Source: Octopus bimaculoides
Taxonomy: Eukaryota
Assembly: GCF_001194135.2 (NCBI RefSeq)
Contig: NC_068982.1
Span: 50,804,459 to 50,868,458, forward strand
Direction of reading: 5' to 3'
DNA: 64,000 bases
The translations under genes were made by a program, and so were the position numbers. The notes under the pieces were generated by a model. It searched no databases. It saw nothing but the letters and a program-made list of their open reading frames with translations, and was not told the origin of the DNA. Within the stretch, counting starts at the first letter, position 1, and every line of letters starts with the position of its first letter. This document shows positions 38,931 to 50,231 of the stretch, piece by piece.

Positions 38931-39294
38931 AAGGTGAATATGTATGAAAGTTCTAGACAGGAAAATTCACAGTTTATAAGGAATTAAATAGTAGATAGAA
39001 GAATAAAGAGTAAAAGTAGATAGAAAAATACCAACAGGAGAATAAAGTTCACAACTCATCTTTTTCCGAGAGAAAAAGCTGATCTGTGTACTTTATTCTC
39101 GTGTCTGTATTCTTCTATTTAGTATTTTATTCCTAATAAACTGTGAATTTCCTTTTCCTCTAATATAATATTATGTGTGTGTGTGTGTGTGTGTATTTAT
39201 ATATATTATTTTATTCTATTTTATTCCTTATAAACTGTGAATTTTATTCCTTGTAAACTGTAAATTTTTGCCCTGTCTAAAATATTCATACTTT

Positions 39295-39370
39295 GTCTCT
39301 GATGACGAGATACCCAGCGCAAGGACATGCTAATCTACCACTTGGGTTATCCCAGAAACAGCTGTAAGAC
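39295..39370 (+). ncRNA. Minimal type-I hammerhead ribozyme motif with palindromic stem III
   Basis: Stem I GUCU(39295-98)/AGAC(39367-70); CUGAUGA 39299-305; stem II gagauaccca/uggguuaucc; GAAA 39355-58; stem III ACAG/CUGU; predicted cleavage after GUA at 39366. Confidence 0.78.
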
Positions 39371-39717
39371 TTCAAATTCACCTTACCCTAATTAAATTAT
39401 TCTAAATGACTTGAAATACTTGTTCTCTATTATAATACACACACACACACACACATATATATATTGTTGTATTACGGGATGGTATTTTTTTTCTTCTTTT
39501 TTTGCCAAGTAAACACACGCAGTTCTGCGACGAAAGATTTCCGGACAATGGATAGGCGTTAAAATAATAAAATAATAGTAATAAATGAGTGAAGAAAAAA
39601 ATGTATAGTGCGTATGTTTATTTGGCAAAAAAATAAAGTAAATAAAATGACCAACCCAAATACAACAATATCTGTTTCAACACACGATTTAACATCAGGA
39701 ATCTTGCAAAACGAAGT

Positions 39718-39752
<35 letters not shown>

Positions 39753-40442
39753 NNNNNNNNNNNNNNNNNNNNNNNNNNNNNNNNNNNNNNNNNNNNNNNN
39801 NNNNNNNNNNNNNNNNNNNNNNNNNNNNNNNNNNNNNNNNNNNNNNNNNNNNNNNNNNNNNNNNNNNNNNNNNNNNNNNNNNNNNNNNNNNNNNNNNNNN
39901 NNNNNNNNNNNNNNNNNNNNNNNNNNNNNNNNNNNNNNNNNNNNNNNNNNNNNNNNNNNNNNNNNNNNNNNNNNNNNNNNNNNNNNNNNNNNNNNNNNNN
40001 NNNNNNNNNNNNNNNNNNNNNNNNNNNNNNNNNNNNNNNNNNNNNNNNNNNNNNNNNNNNNNNNNNNNNNNNNNNNNNNNNNNNNNNNNNNNNNNNNNNN
40101 NNNNNNNNNNNNNNNNNNNNNNNNNNNNNNNNNNNNNNNNNNNNNNNNNNNNNNNNNNNNNNNNNNNNNNNNNNNNNNNNNNNNNNNNNNNNNNNNNNNN
40201 NNNNNNNNNNNNNNNNNNNNNNNNNNNNNNNNNNNNNNNNNNNNNNNNNNNNNNNNNNNNNNNNNNNNNNNNNNNNNNNNNNNNNNNNNNNNNNNNNNNN
40301 NNNNNNNNNNNNNNNNNNNNNNNNNNNNNNNNNNNNNNNNNNNNNNNNNNNNNNNNNNNNNNNNNNNNNNNNNNNNNNNNNNNNNNNNNNNNNNNNNNNN
40401 NNNNNNNNNNNNNNNNNNNNNNNNNNNNNNNNNNNNNNNNNN

Positions 40443-40497
<55 letters not shown>

Positions 40498-40712
40498 ACG
40501 CGCGTACGTGTGTGAACGTGCATGTGTGTATGTGTGTTGCATATATTCATTTTATGTAAACATACTTAAATCCTATATGTATATTTGATAAAGTGCATAA
40601 ATAATCTGTGTAGTTGATATCTCTGTACATGATAGTTACACCGCATGTTTATATGCCATGTCTGTTGAAAAGTAAGATCACATTGTTAGAAAATGGTATC
40701 ACAGAAAAAAAA

Positions 40713-40747
<35 letters not shown>

Positions 40748-41382
40748 GTAGTAGTAGAATTAGAACAGACTGGTTGACAGCTCTTTCCGTTTTCTAGATT
40801 TCATCATGTTTATTTAAACACAATAACGCACTGAAGGACTTCAAATTAGCAAAAATAAAAGCTGCCTTTTCTTCTGCATCCTTTTAGAGAGCAACGCGGC
40901 AATAATTATTTTATATGAATTGGTGAAATGTTGATTTTTTACACTTTAATTTGTAGTCTTAGTCCTCACCCTGTTGACCTTGAATGTAATGCAACAATAA
41001 TTTTTGTGTATTATAAAAGATTAGATTTATTTAACCTTATAGCACCGTGCAATATAGTTGGGGATCTGAGTTTGAAATAAGAATGAATGACTAGGAAGCG
41101 ATCCGTTATTATCTTAAATTGGTCTGCATCTTCTATTGACCTCCCCGCTCAATACACCCATCGCCCCATAAACACTCGCTCACACACACACACACACACA
41201 CACACAGAGATGTTCTTGTATTTTTTCTAATATCGATTAGATGTTATTTATATAGCTAACTCGGTTATTTTACTGACAGCTTTTGAGTTACATTAGTGAT
41301 ATACTCAAACCATACATAGACTCACACACTCATGTACACACACATACACTCACACTCGTGCACACACACACACACACACACA

Positions 41383-41770
41383 CGTTGTTGTTGTTGACAC
41401 TCCGTCGCTTACGACGTCGAGGGTTCCAGTTGATCCGATCAATGGAACAGCCTGCTCGTGAAATTAACGTGCAAGTGGCTGAGCACTCCACAGACACGTG
41501 TACCCTTAACGTAGTTCTCGGGAATATTCAGCGTGACACAGTGTGACAAGGCTGACCCTTTGAATTACAGGCACAACAGAAACAGGAAGTAAGAGTGAGA
41601 GAAAGCTGTGGTGAAAGAGTACAGCAGGGTTCGCCACCATCCCCTGCCGGAGCCTCGTGGAGCTTTAGGTGTTTTCGCTCAATAAATACTCACAACACCC
41701 GGTCTGGGAATCGAAACCACGATCCAATGACCGCGAGTCCGCTGCCCTAACCACTGGGCCATTGCGCCTC
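41383..41770 (-). mobile_element. SINE family D' (different head and middle, D-type 3' half, (CAA)n tail)
   Basis: Reverse complement ggaggcgcaatggcccagtggttagggcagcggactcgcgg..gtttcgattcccagacc..; the 3' half caaagggtcagccttgtcacac...gaaccctcgacgtcgtaagcgacggagtgtcaacaacaac matches family D. Confidence 0.9.
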
Positions 41771-41841
41771 CACACACACGCATACAAACACACACATATA
41801 CACATACACACACATACATATTTTATACATATACATAACGT

Positions 41842-42237
41842 TTTATGTATTTCTTTCACTGGACTGCAGCCATGCTGGAGCAGCTCCTTGAAGAATTTTT
41901 AAACGAACAACTCGAATCCAGTATTTATCTTTTAGACTCTGGTATTTATTCCATCGGTTTCTTTTGCCGAACCGCTAACTAAAGAGGACATAAACAAACC
42001 AACACCAGTTGTGAAGCGGCGGTGTGGGGACGAATACAAAGACACACACACACACACACATATACATGCACATATACGACAGGTTTCTCTCAGTTTCCGT
42101 CCACCGAATCCACTCACAAGGCATTGGTCGGCCCGAGGCTATAGTAGAAGACACTTGCCCAAGGTGCCACGCAGTGAGACTGAACCTAGAATCATGTGGT
42201 TGGGAAGCAAACTTCTTACCATACAGTCATACCTGTG
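41842..42237 (-). mobile_element. SINE family B, full length
   Basis: Reverse complement of the 20843 and 49722 copies, including the internal (TG)n. Confidence 0.92.
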
Positions 42238-42254
42238 CCTATGTATGTCTGCGT

Positions 42255-42295
<41 letters not shown>

Positions 42296-42426
42296 NNNNN
42301 NNNNNNNNNNNNNNNNNNNNNNNNNNNNNNNNNNNNNNNNNNNNNNNNNNNNNNNNNNNNNNNNNNNNNNNNNNNNNNNNNNNNNNNNNNNNNNNNNNNN
42401 NNNNNNNNNNNNNNNNNNNNNNNNNN

Positions 42427-42480
<54 letters not shown>

Positions 42481-43282
42481 AAAAGAGGGAAAGTCTGATA
42501 TACGTTTTTCCATTTGTTCAAACTATAGATTATGAGTAACACAAACAATAAAACCATATACACATAGAAAAACTGAAACAATGTAAATAAAAGGACAATG
42601 AATGAAGGTCCCTTTGCACTGGAATACAGGAAGACGTTTTCGTATTAGCTGACAATTCTGAGTGTCATTAGAGCGTAGGTAACATATATAACCTTTATCT
42701 GTTTTAGGTTATTCAGGGACAAAATGGATGTTAACAACTTACATCACATATATACTCCCACCTTCCTTTCACTCTCTTTCTCTCTCACTCTTTATCATAA
42801 ACACTGGCACAGAGAGAGAGGGGGGAGACAGTGGCACGCATACAAATGCGTAGACATTTTCAAAACAAAACAACATACGCATTTAAAATCCTTTTATAGA
42901 GCAAAATAACAATGTGATGCTTTCCATTGTTTTAAGGCCAAGTCTCATATTCCATTGAATATTCTGGAAATATATATCTGTGCACGCCTTCACAAACATT
43001 ATTAGGCTCGACAACGCTCGACTTTAACAGTAGAAAAGTGTGGTGAATATTAGCTCCAATTGACAGCTGACTATAAAAAAATTAGGAATCTAGGAATTAA
43101 TTAATTTGTATGAAAATGTACTAATCTATCGCTGGGTTTAGATAAGTATTTGTCACGCAGTGATTTGAGCAAACACTTTTGATTATGGTTCAGAAAAGAA
43201 TGAAGATGTTACAAAATGGTTAACATATACACATATACAGACATAAACCGATTTATCTCCTGTCTAAATATATATCTTTTAT

Positions 43283-43648
43283 CTTTTACTTGCTTCAGTC
43301 ATTAGACTGCAGTCATGCTGAGGTACCATCTTGAAGAATTTTTAGTCGAATGAATCGACTCCACCACTTTTTCTTTAAAGCCTGATACTTAGTCTATCGG
43401 TTTGTCTTGCCAAATTGCTAATCTATGGAGATGTTAAACAAACCAATACCGGTTATGAAGCGGTGTAGTGGGGAGCGTACATATATATATATACAACAGG
43501 CTTTTTTCAGTTTCATTCTTCAAAATCCACTTACAATGCTTTGATCAGCCTGATATTATAATAGAAGACATTTGCCCAACGTGCCACGCAATGGGAATGA
43601 ACCCGGAACCATGTGGTTTGGAAGCAAAGTTCTTACCACACAGCCACA
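43283..43648 (-). mobile_element. SINE family B, diverged, internal (TA)n
   Basis: tcagtcattagactgcagtcatgctg...atagaagacatttgcccaacgtgccacgca...ttcttaccacacagccac. Confidence 0.85.
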
Positions 43649-43720
43649 TATGCGTCTTACATATATAGCCTTAGGGCTGAAACGTATCAAAGAATAAAAG
43701 AATATATTAACTGTGTGTGT

Positions 43721-43767
<47 letters not shown>

Positions 43768-43871
43768 CGTGTGTGCGTAATATATATTATATTTATATAT
43801 ACACACACACATACATACATATATATATGTATGTATATATTTATATGTACATATATATATAATGTACACAT

Positions 43872-43918
<47 letters not shown>

Positions 43919-44413
43919 NNNNNNNNNNNNNNNNNNNNNNNNNNNNNNNNNNNNNNNNNNNNNNNNNNNNNNNNNNNNNNNNNNNNNNNNNNNNNNNNNN
44001 NNNNNNNNNNNNNNNNNNNNNNNNNNNNNNNNNNNNNNNNNNNNNNNNNNNNNNNNNNNNNNNNNNNNNNNNNNNNNNNNNNNNNNNNNNNNNNNNNNNN
44101 NNNNNNNNNNNNNNNNNNNNNNNNNNNNNNNNNNNNNNNNNNNNNNNNNNNNNNNNNNNNNNNNNNNNNNNNNNNNNNNNNNNNNNNNNNNNNNNNNNNN
44201 NNNNNNNNNNNNNNNNNNNNNNNNNNNNNNNNNNNNNNNNNNNNNNNNNNNNNNNNNNNNNNNNNNNNNNNNNNNNNNNNNNNNNNNNNNNNNNNNNNNN
44301 NNNNNNNNNNNNNNNNNNNNNNNNNNNNNNNNNNNNNNNNNNNNNNNNNNNNNNNNNNNNNNNNNNNNNNNNNNNNNNNNNNNNNNNNNNNNNNNNNNNN
44401 NNNNNNTATATAC

Positions 44414-44547
44414 GATTAGAAGTCATCACATAAATAGTAATAATAATAATCCTTTCTACTATACGTACAAGGCTTGAAATTTCGGAGGAGGGGACTAGCC
44501 GATTACATCGACCATAGTGCTCGACTGGTACTTACTTTATCGGATCC
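44414..44547 (-). repeat. Exact 134-bp inverted duplicate of 45199-45332, next to a gap, with its junction at GGATCC
   Basis: Base-for-base reverse complement; coordinate sums are 89746 at both ends. Confidence 0.95.
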
Positions 44548-45079
44548 GTTAATCAAATTCACTCATAACGCATTAGTCTTCCTGACGCTCAAGTTGACGC
44601 ACCGCGAGACTGATCCCAGAACTATGTGGTTAGAAAACAAAATTTTAGCATACAACTACACACACATATACAAATATTATTTGATTTGAAAACGTAAATT
44701 GACCTAGGTACAAAATTTCCATTTCTTGCAACAGATATCTGTGCCAAAAAAAAATAAATAAAAAATAAAATAAAATAAAACATCCAAAAGCGCTGGATCG
44801 AGATATCCAACGGTATATGGAATAAAGATTATTTTCCACACCAAACTGTCACTTGCTGGCATCTTATGTTGAAAGACAACTTTTAGATTGATTCTACGGC
44901 CATTCATTTATTTATTTATTTGCAAATGTTATTTATCTGTAACATTTTTTGCACCCAGTCCAAATAATTATCTGGTTGCTTTACTTCCCCCAAACATTCA
45001 GCTTTTTTTCTGGTTACTATTCTTATTCTATATTTATTAAGCTTTTCCCTATATTTTTCAGTCGATAAACACAAGCCAC

Positions 45080-45308
45080 AAGGCGGCGAGCTGGCAGGAT
45101 CGTTGCCGCGCCAGGAAAAATGGTTATCGGTTTTTCGTCCCTCTTTACTTTCTGAGTTCAAATTCCGCTGAGGTTAGCTTTGCCTTTCATCCCGTTCAGG
45201 ATCCGATAAAGTAAGTACCAGTCGAGCACTATGGTCGATGTAATCGGCTAGTCCCCTCCTCCGAAATTTCAAGCCTTGTACGTATAGTAGAAAGGATTAT
45301 TATTATTA
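45080..45308 (+). mobile_element. SINE family A, full length with (ATT)n tail
   Basis: aaggcggcgagctggcaggatcgtt...ttctgagttcaaattccgctgagg...gtagaaaggattattattattatt. Confidence 0.92.
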
Positions 45309-45779
45309 CTATTTATGTGATGACTTCTAATCTTAATATATTTTCATGTTTCGACTAATTAAAATATCACTAATATGAAGCACTTCATTATGCTAATTAG
45401 TTAATTTATTAAAACCTTATAAAACGGCTTCTTTTCAGAGAACGAAATAATTTAGGCCTGGACTCGTGAAAAGATAAATATAGATACTTTACGATGGAGT
45501 ACTGCTCATTTCAGAAATGACATATAAATCTTTATAAACTAAATATTAAATCACATTGAAGAGAAATTAATCGACTATATATACCTCTGTGTGTGTGTGT
45601 GTGTGTGTGTAATTACCATCTAACTACAGGTACTATTCTGTTAATATGTCTTCTCGCCTTCGTCACCTCGTCGAAATCTCTCTTCCCTCTTTCGCTTTCT
45701 CTCCTAACATTTAGAAACATTCTATGTATTAAATAACTGAGTAAACCACTAACCTACAAGCAAAAACTGAAATATTCAG

Positions 45780-46085
45780 TTGCTGCTGTTGTTGTTGCCG
45801 ATTTTGTTGCAGCTGCTGCTGCTACTCCTGCTGTTACTGCGACTACTGTCACTGCTGCTGGTGCTGCTGTTTAATCCCAGGTCAATCCTGGTTGACTAGA
45901 CCTATAATCGAAGACACACTAGCCGAAACCGTGGCATTTTTATTTCAGAAGTTGTGTATCTGGGATTACATTATCTAAAATGCTCTCTCATTATTATACT
46001 GGTCCCCCGTTTTTAAGATGTAGGTTGAGGTAGATTTCACTGCTATTTCTAGAGAAAGAGCGATTGCAAATAGGCTTCTTTTGTG
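45780..46085 (-). mobile_element. Old family G 3' part with (AAC/AGC)n tail
   Basis: (gtt/gct)n-ttaatcccaggtcaatcctggttgactagacctataatcgaagac...ggtaggttgaggtagatttcactgctatttctag. Confidence 0.55.
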
Positions 46086-47824
46086 GCGCATCAAATTTTC
46101 AGTACATTCTCATTTTATTTTATATCAGGTATTTTGTGAAGAATAGTATCGTTAATTATAAGTTTCCAAGGGGCCAATTATTCTGATATTATATGCAATT
46201 ATTCTGATGATTACAACCAAATATTATAAAACATGAAAATTTTATTAATAGTATTGAACTATATAAATTGTGGATCAAACTTGGTTTACAAAAATTATTA
46301 ATTTGCAGAATATAAACGCAATAAGAATCTTTGGAAATTAGCCATCACGTTCGTTATTTTCCATAACTGCTTTTATTCAGCTAAATTTTTCAGGAAAATA
46401 AAAAGACATTTGAAATTTGCACATCGTACCTTTGTATTGAAATTTAGTGGTATTAACAGTGATGAAAATAGTCCTTGAATACCATTTTTCCAGTAATAAC
46501 TATTATTATCATAAAAGCCAAATTGAAAAGAGTTGTTCATTGAATCGTGTGAAGAAAAGACGAAAAAAAAAAAACCATTGTTTTGTGCCAGATTTCGAAT
46601 TGATAATGGCATTCTGCTTTTTTTTTTTTAATGTTAGAAAGGAAATAAAAAGGAAAAATTTAACATCTGGGTCAATATTTAACTGAAAACACCAAAACAC
46701 TACGCAAATTTGACACCTTGAAATAATAATAGAAAAAAATGACACTGAATTTGTCAAGTAATTGCTTCTATGAACTACATAATAGCTAAGGTTGAGTGAC
46801 CTCTGAATGACTTCCTGTTTCTTGTTAACTAACAAAGGTTAAAGTAGGCTAGGAAAAATAATTTGATGGTCTATTTACAAGACGATGGAGTGTCTTTATC
46901 TATGTGATTCAATATAATACTGCTTTTTCTATCTTTTTAAAGAAATTGAAAGTTGAAATATTTGATAAATGTTTTGCAAACTTTCTTTGAGAAACTTGTA
47001 TCCATCGGCAGTAACATGACACTTGTCACTCTATCTTAAGAATTTCTAATCCCAATTTTTGTCAGTTATGTCAAAAACTACTGAATCAATTTTCTTCAAA
47101 CTTCTAGAAATTCAGATGCAGTATATTTTAAAAGACTGAGCATGTCTGGCGTAGAAAGCTCAATATGTAGTTTTTGTATTTACTTTCCCAAGATGAGTAA
47201 TACAATTTTTTGATGTAACTGGGTTTATATTGCGCCAAAAACTAAATCATTATATCTTGGTTACAGGATATTTGGGAACAAACCATTTATTATACGATAT
47301 TAGTAGCTAATATCACAGCAAAATATTGATTAAGTTGTTAGTCTTCGAGTTAATCTGAAAGCAGATGTAACATTTCCTTTCGTTATGGGGTTTCATAGAC
47401 ACAAAACAGAGAATCATTCTAACGCATGTACAGACGTCAGCAAACACAAATATATTCATTATATACTTACGGTAGAAAGATTGGATTTATCTTCAGCAGG
47501 CTCCAATATTAGTCTTTACAACCTTAATTTGAAAGCTCTTTGGTTTGCCTAGTGTTGAAATACTCTGGCCATTAGGCTGTATGTGAAGTCTTCTGCACAG
47601 TTGCGATGCGATTTATAAATTTCCGTGATTGTGTATAGTGAAAGACCTCTAACTGAGCAAACCATCAATTTATCAAGGTTTGGTGGACACTTTTTTTTCT
47701 TTATAATTTACGTCTTGAACACTAGTGCCGAGCACGCGTTTCTTTTCATACACATTTTTCTAACAAAATATTCATACAGTATGCATAATGCTGCTATGAT
47801 AATAATAACAACAACAACAACAAC

Positions 47825-47854
<30 letters not shown>

Positions 47855-47855
<1 letters not shown>

Positions 47856-48403
47856 CCATGATGCTGTACCAGACACTGGCTCTCATGGCTTCAGATCTTA
47901 ACTGATTAGAAGTGTTATCATGTACATGTTTTGTCTTGGTATAAAAGATGGGCTAATATTCTGTTTAATACCATAGCAAATATTCTGCTCAAATATTCTA
48001 CCTGTCGTTTGTTTGATCTTAATCAGTTAAGCTGACGATATGTGCATCTTTGATCACGAGAAGTAGTGAGGAAGCATCATAACCATGTGTTGGGAAGAAT
48101 TCTTTGGGTTCTGAATAATTCACCTCTGGAAACATGGGTGTTTCATTCAACATCCATAAACAACCATTATTCAGGGATCTTTAGACTGGGATGGGCTACT
48201 CGACCTGTAAAAAATGTTAACTGGGACCCACATTCAAGGTCATGTGTTGTTTATCTTGATATGAGATCACCATGTCACGCACATATGGTTGTGGTGCATG
48301 TACCTGGTGTACCCTTATCAGACGGGTAGTCATGATGGGTATACTGGGCTTCGTATATTTTCACCCCAGTGTCACTTTGATTCGTATGCACTGCTTTCTC
48401 ATT
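47855..48403 (+). mobile_element. Family F: ~550-bp non-coding element flanked on both sides by (AAT)n
   Basis: Aligns along its length with the reverse complement of 51371-51930; (AAC)n(AAT)n upstream and (AAT)n downstream; no tRNA A/B box or ORF seen. Confidence 0.88.
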
Positions 48404-48414
48404 AAATAATGATG

Positions 48415-48446
<32 letters not shown>

Positions 48447-48574
48447 TTCTTTAGTAACCACAAGAAAAACATGGACATTACAGGAAAAAACAAAGAACGT
48501 TTGTGTGTGTGTGTGTGTGTGTTGTGGGGGTTTTGCATGTAAACAAGATCAACAATAATAATAACAATAATTTT

Positions 48575-48770
48575 TCTATCAAAGGGACACAGCTTGAAAA
48601 TTTGGGGAGGGAGCTAGAAGATTACATCGACCCAGTGTTCAATCGATACTTATTTTATCGACTCACCTCCATTCCAAAAAGATGAAAAACAAAGTTGATC
48701 TTGACAGAATTTGAACTCAGAACATAATGATTTGAAAGAAACGCCACTAAGCATTTAAGCCGATGCGCCG
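48575..48770 (-). mobile_element. SINE family A
   Basis: gattacatcgacccagtg...cttattttatcgac...gaatttgaactcagaac...ccactaagcattt. Confidence 0.8.
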
Positions 48771-49172
48771 GATATTTAATCTAAGTACTCAGGAGGAACA
48801 ATACACGCACGAAAGAGTTATTCCGCGAATTTCATGTCTGAATTTCTTGGTGAAAGACTAGCTTTTACATTTGTTGAATTAATTAAATGTAGAAGTTGTA
48901 AATATTCATAGAAAAATTTCTGTCATAAATATTATCTCGCTTTACGAGTCAACGATAGATCCTCTGCAGAAGAGGTTACCAACTATCGGGTCGCAGACCA
49001 GTACCAGGTCGGGGTCATTTGATATTGGATCGCACAGATAGAATAAGTTTTTAAATTTAGTTTCTATTTCATCACTATCGCAGTTTTTATGATGTTTCTT
49101 GCATTATACATGATGACTTCAAAAGATATACTTTAAAAACATCTAACTTCATTATGGAAATGATAGGAGTTT

Positions 49173-49396
49173 AAACTCATCAATGACACCAACTTTGGAT
49201 TTGCTGTTATTTAGCGAATTCCTGATTTTATGCAGGTGTGTTTACGTCATCGTAACTTGGCAGTTCGGCAAAAAGGACCAATAGAATAAGTACCAGGCTT
49301 ACAAAGAATAAGTACTGGAGTCGATTTCTTCGACTAAAACTCATCAATGACACCAACTTTGGATTTGCTGTTATTTAGCGAATTCCTGATTTTATG
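49173..49396 (+). repeat. Exact 60-bp direct duplication (49173-49232 and 49337-49396) flanking a 104-bp internal SINE-B fragment
   Basis: aaactcatcaatgacacc...cctgattttatg occurs twice; a diverged third copy lies at about 50530-50644. Confidence 0.9.
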
Positions 49397-49440
49397 GTGT
49401 TTTTGCATTATACGTATATGTATTATACATGTAACTGTTG

Positions 49441-49680
49441 AGAGGGCGCGTGGATTGGTGGTTAGGGTGTTGTACTTACAATTGTGAGATCGTGCTTTCG
49501 ATTCCCGGACCGGACGGTAGTTGGGACTCTTGAACAAAGCATTTCATTTCATATTGTTCTACGATTACTTCGATACCTGACGCGTGGCACACCATGCACC
49601 TGTACAGCTAATGTGGGTTTTATGGAATGAGTGAGCTAATGGGCAGCACAAACATTTGATAACTATGAACCAACCATAAG
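49441..49680 (+). mobile_element. tRNA-derived SINE family E
   Basis: agagggcgcgtggattggtggttagggtgttg...tttcgattcccggacc head followed by a body unlike families A-D. Confidence 0.6.
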
Positions 49681-49721
49681 ATCGGAGAGAGTCCACTTCA
49701 ATTAAATAATTAAATGATAGG

Positions 49722-50118
49722 CGCAGGCACGACTATATGGTAAGAAGCTTCCGGGTTCAATCTCATTGCGTAGCACCTTGGGAAAGTGTCTTCTACTATG
49801 TCCTCGGGCCGACCAAAGCCTTGTGGGTGGATTCGGTTGACGGAAACCGAAAGAAGCCCGTCATATATATATATATACGTGTGTGTATATATTTATGTAT
49901 GTGTCTGTGTTTGCCCACCACCACCATCACTTGACAACCGATGCATGTGTGTTTACGTCATCGTAACATGGCAGTTCGGTAAAAGAGACCAATAGAATAG
50001 GTGCTAGACTTACAAAGAATAAGTACTGGAGTCGATTCCTTCGACTAAAACCCTTCAAGATGGTGCTCCAGCATGGCCGCAGTCAAATGACTAAAACACG
50101 TAAAAGAATAAAAAGATA
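49722..50118 (+). mobile_element. SINE family B, full length, internal (TA)/(TG)n
   Basis: ggcgcaggcacgactatatggtaagaagc..gggttcaatctc..caccttgggaaagtgtc...ggtgctccagcatggccgcagtcaaatgactaaaacacgtaaaagaataaaaga. Confidence 0.92.
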
Positions 50119-50190
50119 TATTATGCACTTTATTGTGATTTGTTATAATAATAATAATGGAACACCCCTCCCACGCGACGAGTGGTGTTC

Positions 50191-50231
<41 letters not shown>

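Larger units (their letters stand above)
38812..39414. mobile_element. ~600-bp diverged fold-back (inverted pseudo-LTR pair) of a Penelope-like element
   Basis: Arms start tcaagtcatttagaataatttaattag(a/g)gtaaggtgaatttgaa and align for about 190 bp with many substitutions; inner pairing continues to a ctttttc/gaaaaag hairpin near 39070. Confidence 0.8.
5212..44406. other. Twelve assembly gaps (N-runs), most abutting (TA)n, (TG)n or (GA)n microsatellites
   Basis: Gaps at 5212-5908, 14357-14574, 28028-28240, 28464-28585, 31883-32221, 34455-34724, 35477-36279, 36775-36874, 37301-37883, 39753-40442, 42296-42426, 43919-44406. Confidence 0.99.

Noticed and set aside
47855-47960. HDV-like ribozyme at the 5' end of family F
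   Set aside because: I could not fit a convincing P1/P2/P3/P1.1 pseudoknot by eye; left as a test, not a claim
7200-50118. tRNA-like A/B boxes as true tRNA genes
   Set aside because: All are heads of multi-copy SINEs; none gives a complete cloverleaf with a terminator
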